Part shown: one piece after another, positions 35,554 through 48,242 of the stretch
Numbering within the stretch: the first letter of the stretch is position 1
How the letters are laid out: the number at the start of each line of letters is the position of its first letter
Assembly (NCBI GenBank): GCA_946405785.1
Contig: CAMJIH010000002.1
Span: 950-64,949 of the forward strand
Reading direction: 5' to 3'
Length of the DNA: 64,000 bases
Source: an uncultured bacterium
GTDB taxonomy: Bacteria; Patescibacteriota; Gracilibacteria; Absconditabacterales; Absconditicoccaceae
The notes under the pieces: model-generated
Seen by the model: only the letters and a program-made list of their open reading frames with translations
Database searches by the model: none
What the model was told of the DNA's origin: nothing
Made by a program: the position numbers and the translations under genes

Positions 35554-37092
35554 ATGAAATTCTTTTTCGCGAAAACAGATAGCTTATATAAGATTTTCAA
35601 AACATTAGAGAAAATCCCACCACAAAAAGCTGTTCAGATGTTTATAGACCCTGAACATCCTTTTTTTGAAAATCAATGGTGGTGAAAACAGATGGTTGAA
35701 ATAATCCAGAAAAGAAAATTAAATATAACATTTTCAGCAGAAAAAGAATCCAATAGAAAATATTATGAACAATTATGATTAAAGGTTGAGTATGAAGATG
35801 AAAAGCCAATAGTTAAATTCTTTAAAACATTATCTTTGTTCCTTTTTGATATAAAGAAATTTCACCTTCATGCGTATAATAGACAAAAATATTTGTTCTA
35901 TATGTTCTTTTTCTTTGAATTAATAGCGTGATTGTGAATTTTATGGTTTATAATAATTCTAATATTGCCTAATGCTACAATTACTATTAAAGTAGCACAA
36001 CAGACTGAAGATATTATATATAATTTCCGTTATTATCCAGTAGCTCGACAAGAAGCTATGGGATCATTAAGACAAATAAGTATTCCTTATTATACATGAG
36101 TAATTGATTACAATTATCAATTGGCAATCAGTACGGAAAATATCCAACATATTGTTAATCCATCTGCTTGATTGGTTAAGATTTATAATAGGACACCTAA
36201 AGATTTACAGTTGTTGGCTAATACTAGATTCGTAACAAGTAATTGATTAGTTTTCTTAAGTAAAGAACCGTTATCTCTTCCTGCATGACTAGAGGATAAT
36301 CCTTCTGAAATTACTGTTAAATTTAATGCAGCAGAAACTGATGAAGAAGGAAAGATCATTGGTGTCAGATGAAACATTCCAAAGAATACAAGGATGACAA
36401 TAAGAAATCTTGATGAGAGCTATATTTTTTGAGAAATTTGGGCTGAATCAATAGAGGATTTTACAGGATGAAGTTCAACATCATTGTGAACAATAACAGA
36501 AAAAGACAAAGAAATGTTAGAGCAAAGGATTAGAAGCTCTGTATATGCTGATAAAATTAATATAGTTAACAGTGAATTTAAAGAAAAAGATTCATTGATT
36601 TTAACATTTGATGAGTTAATAAAGACAACATTCCATCCTCCTTTTACAATTGATTGAAAAATATGAGAAAGAGCAACTTCTTTAAGAGGTAGAGCTGATG
36701 TAACTTTTGATTTTTTCTATTTAAAGCGGTCAGATATAGTAAAAGCATTTACACAATATGTATCAGAAAGACAATCAGATAGTATTGAACTTATTAGTAT
36801 TAATCCAAATAGTTTAATCTTCATTCAAGAATTAAGTTGGATTAATGGATCTGATAGAGTATTCATGATTCCAACAAAAGTTTCAATCTATCAAGGATAT
36901 GATTTTAAAAGGGATGTAAAGTGAATAATCCCTGCGATAAGAACAAATGTTTCATGAAAAACAATAGAAGAAGCAAGGAAAATAATCCTACAATATCCTG
37001 AGATTTCTAGTGCAAAAATCAATCTGTGAATTTTTCAGTGAAATATTTTACCTAATGTGAAATCGAGAATAAAAGTAAAAGTTGAATACTAA
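35554..37092 (+). CDS. Membrane-anchored hypothetical protein, 512 aa
   Basis: About 100 aa of N-terminal region precede one TM span (LFYMFFFFELIAGLGILWFIIILIL) and a large beta-rich-looking ectodomain. Ends in TAA at 37090-37092. Confidence 0.6.
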
Positions 37093-38165
37093 TTTTTTCT
37101 CCAATAAAAGTTACATTCTTCTGATCAGTTAAATAATTTTTTACTATTCCAATTACTGATATCTTTTAGTGTATGCTGATAAGAACTAATCCATCATCAA
37201 TATATATCGTTTTTAAAGGTTGATTCTAGTTTCTTATATAGAAGTGATAAATTTACGTCATGTAATCTTTTCCCATATGGTGGATTACATACAATCCATG
37301 ATTTTCACTGAGAATTTATATCCGTTTTTAAAAAATCTTTTTGTTCGAAAGAAATCAAATCCAAAACTCATGCATTTTTAGCATTGGATTGAGCTATTTT
37401 TATCATATTTGGATCGATATCATATGCTGATATAGAGTAATCTCAAGAGAACTCTTGATTCTTCGCTTCCTCTTTTATATTAGAAAAGTTTTTACTTTCA
37501 AAATTCTTAAAGTATTCAAAGTTAAATTTTCTCCATGTTCAAGGTGCAATGTTTTTGGCCATTAAAGCTGCTTCTATTGCGATAGTTCAAGATCAACAAA
37601 AAGGATCAATAAATGGTGCTTTTACTTTCCATCAAGAAAGTATCAACAAAGCAGCAGCAAGATTCTCTTTTAAAGGAGCTTCTCATACTTCTTTTTTATA
37701 CCCTCTTTGATATAATGCAAATCATGAAGTGTTGAGATAAAGTTTCGTAATATCATGATCAATAATAAGTAATAAGTCATTGATATGTTTTTCTTCGACT
37801 CAAAATTTTGATATACTTTCTAGTAATGCTTTGTGAGAGACAGATTGTATAGCTCTTGTAGATGATAATATTGAATTCTTAGTTTCTACTTTTATAGATA
37901 TGTTACTATTACTTGTATATTGAGAATAATCACAAGATTTAATTAAATTAAATAATTCATCAAAATTCGTTGTTTTTCATTCAGTAAGCTGAATATATAC
38001 TTTATTTGCTAATCTAGAATGATAGTTTATTTTCATCATTGCTTTCATATCACCATCAACAAAAGTTCATGTTTGAAAGGTGCTTTTGGGAAAATAACCT
38101 ATTTTCTTTATCTCATGAGATAATAAACTTCATAATCAAAAGGGGCAAGTAATGAGTAATTCCAT
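37089..38165 (-). CDS. THUMP-domain class I SAM-dependent RNA methyltransferase (RlmL/COG0116-like)
   Basis: Motifs: APLKENLAAALL, DPFCGSGTI.IEAA, and the NPPYG catalytic motif (WIVCNPPYGKRL). Product is 358 aa, ending in TAG at 37089-37091. Confidence 0.8.
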
Positions 38166-38167
38166 AT

Positions 38168-38202
38168 CAAAAAAACGTATAAAGAACAATGCCTTTATAC
38201 GT
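38168..38202 (-). terminator. Strong rho-independent terminator closing the PKD/pilin operon
   Basis: Perfect 10-bp stem acgtataaag / ctttatacgt. The minus-strand T-run of 7 ends 2 nt before the methyltransferase ATG. Confidence 0.7.
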
Positions 38203-38230
38203 TTCTCTTATTTTGTTACAAGTTGATATA

Positions 38231-39163
38231 TTATGAATTTCCTCAGAATTCAGCGAATATTTGATAGAGAATGAATAGGAAGAAGAAGAGAGCAATAATA
38301 GCTAATACAATATTAATAAGAGTATTCTTTGCTTTCTTGAAATTCTCTCATTTTCATCAATCAATAACGAGAAGATATCCAGAGTAGATAATCATAAAAA
38401 CAATAACAATACCACTAAGATATGCGAGGAATTTTGCAACATTGACGATAAAATTTCAAGCTTCTGTTGCAAAATCAGTTAGTGCTGCAATATAGTATAA
38501 GAAATCTACAACTTTAATAGCAATTAAAGCAAATATTACATTACCCAAATTCTTAATAAGTTTTTTCCCATTTCAACTTTCTCATGTTGAAGGATTCATA
38601 AGTTGGAATCAAATAGCAACAATATAAATAATTGCAATAAAGAATGCAGCTCATTTTAAGATACTTAGAATCCAGAATGGCAATCATGTACTAGATGTTA
38701 GGTTATCTGCTACTAAATCAGTTTTGTTGAGATTACTAATATCAAACATAGTTCAGAATATCCGCATTGATCAAAAGAAAAGAAATGATCATATAAGAAC
38801 ATATAGTAAGTTAGTAACGGCTGCTTTTAATTTCTCAGGTTTACCCATACTAGTTATTAATAGAATTGCTGAATAAAGTATGTAAATGAATACAAGAACC
38901 ATACCAGCATATTTTAGGACGTTCCATAATGCTCATCATTTTTTATCAGAACTTTTAGGGAAAAATAACGCCTCAACATTTTTCTTAAATGTATTACCGG
39001 CTTCAACTTTTCAAATATCAAAGAGATGTTCATCTTCTCATTTAGTTAATGAACTTGCATAAGAATCATATATTGGGGCATTACTTACAGCAAAGCTGTT
39101 AAAAGAGATAAAACCTCATAAGAAGATTAGGAATACTAGTATAAATCTTTTTATTAATTTCAT
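38231..39163 (-). CDS. Membrane protein with three tandem TrbC/VirB2-like pilin hairpin modules, 310 aa
   Basis: A signal peptide is followed by three repeats of TM - short basic loop (GKPEKLKAA; GNGKKLIKN; GKGENFKKAKN) - TM. Confidence 0.55.
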
Positions 39164-39194
39164 TGTTTTGTTTATAAATAGTAAAGAATATTGT

Positions 39195-39680
39195 CTAAGA
39201 AAAAAAGTAATTAATAATAGCTGTTACTATTGCAATGACTGCATAGAATCCTGACATTAATATTATTCATAAAATGATATATTTAATATTTTCTTTTGCA
39301 TCATTAATTTTTTTACCAGTAACGAGCAAAAATCAATTCCAAGCCAATAAAATAGTAGCTCATACCATTCAAATATAAATTGTTCGTTGAATATATGGAG
39401 TAATTCCATTTTGATCGTTTGCTAATCGGGCAAATGTGCTAGCTATTTGATATTCAGGAGTAATCTTTGCACCACCAACATCTTCATTATTAATGGAATT
39501 TAATCTAGTGTCTTGTATCTGAGTTGCTTGATCTTTGTTAGCTAGATCAGCAACGTTTTTTACAATATCAGTTGGAGTACTTCCAAAAGCTGCCCAAGCT
39601 TTTGGTGCTTCAGCATTTGTGAAAAATGGAATAGTTAGTAGCCCTATTAAGAATAAACATAATTTGATTTTTGTTTTCAT
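39195..39680 (-). CDS. TrbC/VirB2-like (T4SS-type) pilin-fold protein, 161 aa
   Basis: Track ORF 39369-39680 continues through TGA. The signal peptide is MKTKIKLCLFLIGLLTIPFFTNAEA. The C-terminal hairpin is GATILLAWNGFLLVTGKKINDAKENIKYIILGIILMSG. Confidence 0.6.
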
Positions 39681-39709
39681 TGTTTATATGACAATACTAT
39701 ATAAAACGA

Positions 39710-42700
39710 TTAATCTTCTTCATTTTCATACCTTTCTCTAAGTTTAGCTTTAATAGCAAAGGCTGAAATAGCTCAAGCAAAGACAAATATTACAATACCA
39801 AGAATCCATAATAGAACTTTAACAATAGTAGGCATTCAGGTACTTTTTGATATATCTTCTTTTTGAACTGTAACAGTAGTAGGTTCAATCTTTACATCAG
39901 GATTATCTTTGTTATATTGACCACAAATTTTTAATAAAATATCATATTCTTCACCTATCTTACAAATATTATTTTTAACAATATTTTCATAATCATCATT
40001 AGCAATCTCATTTTCTCAAATGTTATTTGAAGGTACTGCATTCTTTGAAATGAGATCATCTATTTTTACTAATAAAGCAGCTCTTTGTCATTTTGTATCT
40101 CCACTAGTTTCTCAATCTAACATCTCAAATTCATGGAATAAGTCATAAGTATCTTGTTTTAATTTTTGAGGTAATAATGAGAGTATTTCTTCCTTTGAAA
40201 CTTCATAAGGAGTACCTCAAAGTGCAGAAATTGTCGCATGATCTTGAAGACTACTAATTAAGTCATTTAATTTTTCTTCTTGAGATGTAGTAAGTTTTAC
40301 TCTATTCTCTGCTTTGAATTGTTCTATTTGCAAAACATCTCATCTTCGTGCATTTTTATCACCATTTGCAATATCATTTCTAAGCGTTACGATTAAACTT
40401 CTAAGTGTACCATTAGCAATACTAGAACTATCATCAATAGTTTGAATTAATTCTTTTGCAAGATCGTATTTTTGTCTTGTTTCTTCATCAAAATTTGTTT
40501 CGTAATCTGCAAATTCAACAATAAAGTCTTTATGTTGTAATGATGTATCTGTAGATTTTTGATAATAAATTCTTCCAACAGCGGATTCATAACTTGGAGT
40601 ATAAGTTTGATTAGTCATTCTATTGCAGCCAAAGTCTTTATCGTTTTTAGCATCTCAATCACTAGAGGAATCAAAATTTATATCACTATCAATGTAACAA
40701 GTGGTAATGTCACTAGTTGCTTTAACATAAAACATAACTTGATTATTGAGCTGTTTTGAAAGGAATATAGAAGGAACTCAATTCTCAAAACTAACTTCAG
40801 GAAGAGTAACCAAGAAAATTCAGTCATCAATAGGTTGTAAAGTTGTTCTATCAGTTACAGTTACTTGTTGTTCACTTACTGCTTCATTTCCATTACTATC
40901 CTTTGCTTTTATTGTGACAGTATAAGTTCAACTTTTTGGATAAGTAACTTTAAATGCAGAATCAAGGGTCTTATTGATATAATTTTGGTTTCATTTTTCA
41001 CATTGTTCCTTATCAAGACAAATCTCTCTTTCAATAATATTACCGAGACTTATATCTTTAAAAATAACACTTCTACCAATTGCAGTATACATTAGACCTG
41101 GTCTAAGTCATGTTTTTACTACAATAGGTGTTCATTCTCAAATACCTCTATAATCTCTATAGATAACTGAAGCTATAGGAGTATATGGAGATTCTGTAGG
41201 ACTTGCTTTTGAGTAGGAGTATTTTACACGATCGTTCTTTGTTGTTAAATCATATTCTCAGTCTCAATCAAAGTCAATTTGTATAGTCCTTTCCTTTTCA
41301 AAATCGGATCTATCTGAAATAATTTTACTGATAATATCAAATGTTACTTCTTCTCCAACTTCAACATTAATTTTGTCTGATTTTAATGTTACAATAGGAA
41401 TATCAGGTTGCTTTGTGTCAGGAGGGAACATAATAATTGGTCCATTTCCTAAAATATCTTCACTTGATTTATTTCCATCGTCATTATCAAACATTTTTAC
41501 TCAAAACATAAATTCTCCTGCTTGTCTTGGTACAGAGAAAAATGCATAAGGAATTGTTCAAGGTGTAATTTTAGTATCTAAAAGTTTGTTAGGATTGGAT
41601 TTTGGATAATAATACCATTTGAAATAAGAAATAGTTCAATCACTATCTATAGCTCCATCTGCAGTAACTTTTATTATAATAGGATCGATACTTGAAGAGA
41701 AGATATCATTGGTACTTTTTGATTGTTGAAATCAAATACCCATTTCATTTCCATATTGAGGATAACTAAGAGTCAAATTATTTAGTTTAGGTAATGCATT
41801 AACTACTTTAAACCAAATTCTTTCTTTGGTTACTTTTCATAATGAGGTATCTTCTAGTGTATAATCAACGTATTGACATCATAAACTATTGAATTTATGA
41901 GTGAATTTTTGTGATTGTAGAATTTCATCGTTTTTAAGCTGAAAATAGTATTTTAGATTATTTTTACTTCCTTGAGCATTCACAGATTGACTTGTATTAA
42001 TTGAGAATGATGCTTGTCTATCAACTCTAAAAGCATCATATTTAGCTGTTCATGTTCAATTACTTTCAGCTACAACACAAACATCATTTTGTTTTACAAC
42101 ATGATTTGAACCATCACGAACTTCATATCATATAATAGGGCTATCTTTTTCTCAAATAAATACCTTTTCTGTTACTTCATTAGAATCATCATTATCTCCT
42201 ATAACTTTAACTTTTACGTTATAACTTCAAACTTTATCATATTTTACTTCCCATTTATTATCTGATGTTGTTCTTGCTGGAGTTCAGTTCCCAAAATCCC
42301 ATTCATAATTTATAACAGGAACGTTAGTTTGAACCTTAAAAAGAACAGATTCTCACCAAATAGTGGCTTTTGGATTTATGGTTAATTCTGGTCTAAGAAT
42401 TGATTCAACATTAATTTCTTTTGTAATCTCTTCTGTCTGTCAATAATTATCTGTTACTTTTAATGTAACTTTATGTTTTCATTTTTCATTAAATAATACA
42501 GTGATTAGTCTATTATCTTCTTCTGTTTCAGTTATTTCTTTAGCATCTGGATTTGAGAAATTCCATTCATAAGAAAGTACATCATATCAGTTTGAAGTAT
42601 CAATATCTGTTGATGCACTAGCATCTAAAATAAATTCTGATGGGTATTTCCATTTATTAGTTGGAGTGATTGAAAATTGTGGAGTAGGTGGTGTTGAATC

Positions 42701-43996
42701 AACATAAACATTAACAACATCACTATTCTTTAATCACATTTCATCTTCAACAGTAAGATTTACTGTATAATTTCCTGGTTTTTTAAACTGTCTATTAATT
42801 TGTTTTCATTGAAGAGTATCCAATTTTGTTCATTCACTATCAAAGATTTCCCAAGTATAGAATTTTAATCTAGATGTTAATGAATAAGATGCATTTGCTG
42901 AAAACGTATAGGTTGTAGATGTATTTCATTTATCAGGATTCTGTTGAACAACAGCAACAGGATCTGAAACTGCAAGTGTATATGTTTCAGAAACAACATT
43001 ATGTTCATTATCTGTTACAGCTAAAGTAATACTGTAATCTCCTTGTCATGGAAGTGGTAGGTTGATGTAACTAGGAGATCAATCACCAGATTTTGTCCAT
43101 TTAAATCAGTCTCTTGATGTAACATTCCATGTATAACTTAAGATTTCCCTTCCTCAAAGTGGTGTTGTTGAACTACCATCAAAGAGAACTCACTTATTTG
43201 CTTCTTGAATTCCAATTTTTGAAGCTTTATGTTTTTGCATTTTTTTACCATTAGCATAAACGCTTACTGTAGCAGATTTAGGACTTACGGTAACTGTAAT
43301 ATTTTTGGTACCATCAAAGATTCATGCATTAGAACTTCTAACAGTACAGTGAACAATATAAGTTCATGCTTCAGAGAACTGATATTTTACAACAGGTCAT
43401 ATTCAAATGGTTTTATCTACACCATCAATATCCCTATAATACCAGAAATACTTGTTTGAAGGGATTGTTTCATTTGATGGATCTTTACTACCTCTTGCAT
43501 CAAATGTAACTGTAAGTGGAGCTGGTCAACTACTAGGACTTGCTGTAGCTGCAACTTTAACAGTATAATCTTTATCAATTGTAGTCTTTAATTTTGTAAG
43601 AGGCTTTTTACATTTATCATTATATTCTTCGAAATTTGAAGAATTTGGTTCTTTCGCCATAATTGCTGTAGTCTTTTTACATTGTTCGTATATTAATAAG
43701 AATTCATAATCATCTTGTGGAAAATATTTAAAAACCCTATTCATAATGCTTAACTGTTCAGCATAGGTTGCGCTTCAGTTAATTTGCCCAATTTTAGTTG
43801 TTGCATCAACATCAACAAAAATTCACGCTAGTTTGTTCCAATCATCTTCAACCATATAGTTTGCATAATAAGAGCTTGGGACGTTAGAGGAATTTCTTGA
43901 TGTTGCAAAAATATCTCATCATCACAAAATGAGAAAAGCTAATAAGAAAAGCGTAATGCATGAGGATATTCTTTTTATTTTTGTATTCCAAGTCAT
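39710..43996 (-). CDS. Giant PKD-repeat surface protein with a C-terminal TM anchor, 1428 aa
   Basis: One minus-strand frame links track ORFs 40340-40618, 41264-41494 and 43526-43744. It has an N-terminal signal. At least five PKD-like units are visible (PLTVTFDARGS..YFWYY..GTYIVHCTV; LSYTWNV..GDYSITLAVTDN; FYTWEI..GNYTVNLTVED; LSYEWNF..KHKVTLKVTDN; INYEWDFGNG..GSYNVKVKV). The C-terminal TM is VLLWILGIVIFVFAGAISAFAI. Confidence 0.8.
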
Positions 43997-44029
43997 AACT
44001 GAAAAAATCATAATAAAAGACTTAAGATA

Positions 44030-44058
44030 AGTATATTTTTTATTTCAAAAATTTGCAA
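44030..44058 (-). promoter_or_regulatory. Sigma70-type promoter of the PKD/pilin operon
   Basis: On the minus strand: TTGCAA, 17 nt spacer, TATACT. The -35 lies inside the perfect palindrome AAATTTGCAAATTT. Confidence 0.55.
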
Positions 44059-44108
44059 ATTTGAGAGTATGTTTTTTATTTATATACTTGACAACATAAA
44101 AAAAATTT

Positions 44109-44147
44109 AAAAAATAAAAAATCTCTTCTTTTTCGAGAAGAAGAGAT
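44109..44147 (-). terminator. Rho-independent terminator of the upstream gene
   Basis: 10-bp stem atctcttctt / aagaagagat, followed on the minus strand by TTTTTATTTTTT. Confidence 0.7.
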
Positions 44148-44176
44148 TTATGATAATAGATTTTTTTTATCTCAAA

Positions 44177-44998
44177 TTATAATTTTTCGGGCCAGAAGAA
44201 TGGAGAACGAGAACATCAGTCTGTTTTACACATAATTTCAGATATTAATGTCTTTCCATTACGATCTATGAGTGTAATTTCCCAATCCTCATTAAATGTC
44301 TCATTAGTATCAACTGTATATCAAAGTGTATATCAGTACTTTCTTGTTCTCTTTTCTTTATTATCAGTTCATGGAATTAAAGTAATATTATCCAATGAAA
44401 TATTTTCATTAATAAGATGCTTTGTGAATGTTGAAATATTTTTAGAGCTCCAATGAGATCTCCAAGTGGATGATGTCCTTAAAGGGGAATCAACAAATTG
44501 ATTCATCTCATCAATTTCATTATTCATTAGATGAGAATAGAAGTTTTGGATAAGATTAATATCGTTAGTAATACTATCCTCTTCACCAGCAGATGATAAA
44601 AATCATAGATCTTCATTATTAATAACAGGTTCTTCTTGTTTAATTTCCTCTTCCTGATTGTTTATTTCAGGGATATCTGGATTCTTGATAGAGAAAACAG
44701 AGGATTGATTTGTTTGACCTTCAGCATTAGTATTAGAAAGTCCTCCTCAATAAATAAATACTTTATAGATAGCAAATAAAAGAAGTGCTAGAGAAAAGAA
44801 AAAGAGGAGTAATACTCGAAAAGAAACTTTCCCTTCTTTATCTTGAGAAGGATTAACTTTTGGAGAAAAAGTAGTTGTTCATCTTTTTTTGCTAACAGAT
44901 GTTTTTACACTTTTCTCGACCTTTTTAGTAGGTAGTGTTCTTCTTGTAATCTTTTTTTCTTGTTCCTTTTCAGCCCATTTTGTTTTTCTTTCAGCCAT
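44177..44998 (-). CDS. Single-pass membrane protein, 273 aa, function unknown
   Basis: It has a basic N-terminus, one TM span (VLLLFFFSLALLLFAIYKVFIY), an acidic linker and a C-terminal domain of about 150 aa. Confidence 0.6.
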
Positions 44999-45021
44999 TC
45001 TTTTTTTATAAGAGGATAAAA

Positions 45022-46044
<1,023 letters not shown>

Positions 46045-46065
46045 GAAAAAAATTTAATAAATAAT

Positions 46066-46092
46066 AAAAAACACTAAATAAAAATTTAGTGT
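46066..46092 (-). terminator. Rho-independent terminator after the OLD-family gene
   Basis: 9-bp stem acactaaat / atttagtgt with a T-run on the minus strand. Confidence 0.65.
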
Positions 46093-46121
46093 TTTATACT
46101 TTCTTTGCAAGAGCTTTTATG

Positions 46122-48080
46122 TTATTTCATAAAAATATATCTCATTATGTTTTCTAATTCTTGTCTTCTTTCTGCAAATTTTTCATCAAGTAGCCAATCA
46201 TAAAAGTAAGCATTACAAAAATAAGCGACATAAGATAATCATTTTTTCTCTGTAGGGACATAGGTCTCAATCGCTCATTCTTTTAGAATAAAAATATTCT
46301 GATCATAGAGTTTTTCAATTCATTTGAGAATAGCTTTATGTTTTTTAGGATTGAAAGTAAGAATTGCTGTTACAAGTCTATTATAGTAGTCATTATATCT
46401 TTTTTCGTTTCTATTCTCATTTCTGTTTTTCTTTGCTTGTTGATTTGCCATGAGATAATATTTGTTAATTTCTGCCCTTGAGAAGAATCAAAAATCAACT
46501 GTATTATCCCAATCTCCGATAAAATAGTTCTTTATATTAAATTTTCTCAAAAATTTTCTCCAAGCGTTAAAAGATCCTTTACCATTAATATTAATTATTT
46601 CATAATCACGAATCTTTTCTTTTCGTTCAGGTTGGGTCTTTAAATAGTTAAGGTAGAAACTGAAAAAGTATGCATCAGTATCTCATTCTACTAAAATAAT
46701 TTTATCGACAAAGAATATTTTTGAAAGATTTTCAAACCTTAGCATGTGCATAAGAGTAGCATCATCATAATCTACAGTAATTCTTGGAGCAGAAATTAAT
46801 GAATTTTGGTTTTTATCTTTATATACTCTATAAACTGATGTAAGATTTTTTTCATTGATAAATATTCATGAGTTTGTAGAAAAAATAAATTGAGTTCATA
46901 GTTGCTCACTAATATTTTCACAAACTTCAGCTAGTTCTTTTTGATATAGAGGGTGAATATGTAATTCAGGTTCTTTTATAATAATAAATCCATCAGTAAG
47001 ATCATTTCAATAAAGTCCAAAAATGATTGTTAAAAGAGACTTCTCTCAATCACTAAGATCATCAAAATAAGAGATTCTTTCTTGTTGATCAGTCATGTAA
47101 AGACTTATAGTACCATTGATATATTCAACCTTTAAATGTCTGCCTAAATATTTTTTAATCATATAACTTAAACTTTTGAAAAATGTTGAACTTTTTAATT
47201 TTTCATCAATAGTTTCCTTTGATATATCTTTTACTTCTCAATTAGTTAATTGGGCTTGTGAGAAATTCTCTAATATGCTTCGAATTTTATATACACATTC
47301 AGTATATCATATAAGACTATTCCTACTATATTCTAAATCATTGATAATTTTTGATGGATCAACGAAATTATCAAATTTAACTTCAGTTCTATGCGTATTT
47401 AGAATAGCAAAAGTTTTTTTCAATAGATACCAACTTCTTTCTTCTGGTTTTTTTTCATAAGTATTAAATATTGTAATTATAATTTGTAATAACTTTTGAT
47501 ATCTAATACATGAAAGAATGAATTGTTCATGCTCAGTTAAACATGATTCATCAATATTGAAATCTTGTGTTTTTTCATCAAAACTTGCCTTTAGCTTAAT
47601 ACTATGGTGTTCCTCAAGGAATGTCTCGAGTTTATGAGGAGGAAACTCAATATTAAACTTTGAATATTTAGAAATAAGATGATTAATTTTAGAATAATAT
47701 TTACAAACAAATCAGATATTTTCAAAATCAAGATTTGATAATTCCAGAGATATTTCTAATTTAGCTGGTTGATCAGGAGTTTGGTTGTTTGTTTGGAGCT
47801 TTTTAGTATGGTTAGGTCTTTCTTGGATAGTTTTTCTAGTTTTTATATTCTCTTTAGCGTATTCTTCATGGTAAGTATAATCATAGATTAGAGTAGCAAA
47901 AAATTCTTCCAGGATTTTTATAAAATTACTTTTTCAAGAAGCATTATTACCGATAAATATTTTTACTCATTGATATCAATCTTGACCAAAAAAAGAAATT
48001 GGAGCTGATTCTTTGAAATCATGCTCATTAAGGTAAGGAAAACTTAAGAGATTTGATATTTTTACTTCTTTTATTTGCAT
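46122..48080 (-). CDS. OLD-family ATP-dependent endonuclease (ABC-type ATPase fused to TOPRIM), 652 aa
   Basis: Motifs: Walker A IGNNASGKSNF; ABC signature-like SDGEKSLL; Walker B FIIIKEPELHIHP; TOPRIM ILVEGDTDAYFF followed by GDWD. It contains about 14 TGA=Gly codons. Confidence 0.75.
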
Positions 48081-48116
48081 CCTTTTAACAACCAATTAAA
48101 AAAACTCTTTAGCTTA

Positions 48117-48144
48117 ATTATATTCTAAAAAGATTGTTTTTCAA
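48117..48144 (-). promoter_or_regulatory. Sigma70-type promoter of the OLD-family gene
   Basis: On the minus strand: TTGAAA, 16 nt spacer, TATAAT. Confidence 0.5.
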
Positions 48145-48242
48145 ATTTTCAGTAATTATTTTCACTTAATTTTAAGAAGGAATTGTATTTTTTTAGAGAT
48201 TTGATAACCTACACATGATTTAAATTTTTTTCTTTATCAAGA

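Noticed and set aside
47690-47770. An apparent in-frame TAA, or a pair of compensating frameshifts, in the OLD-family nuclease gene
   Set aside because: This arose from my own mis-transcription of T-runs at two line breaks while reverse-complementing by hand. Re-reading gives a continuous frame (..PAKLEISLELSNLDFENIGFVCKYYSKINH..) and a total length divisible by 3. It is worth a quick computational confirmation.
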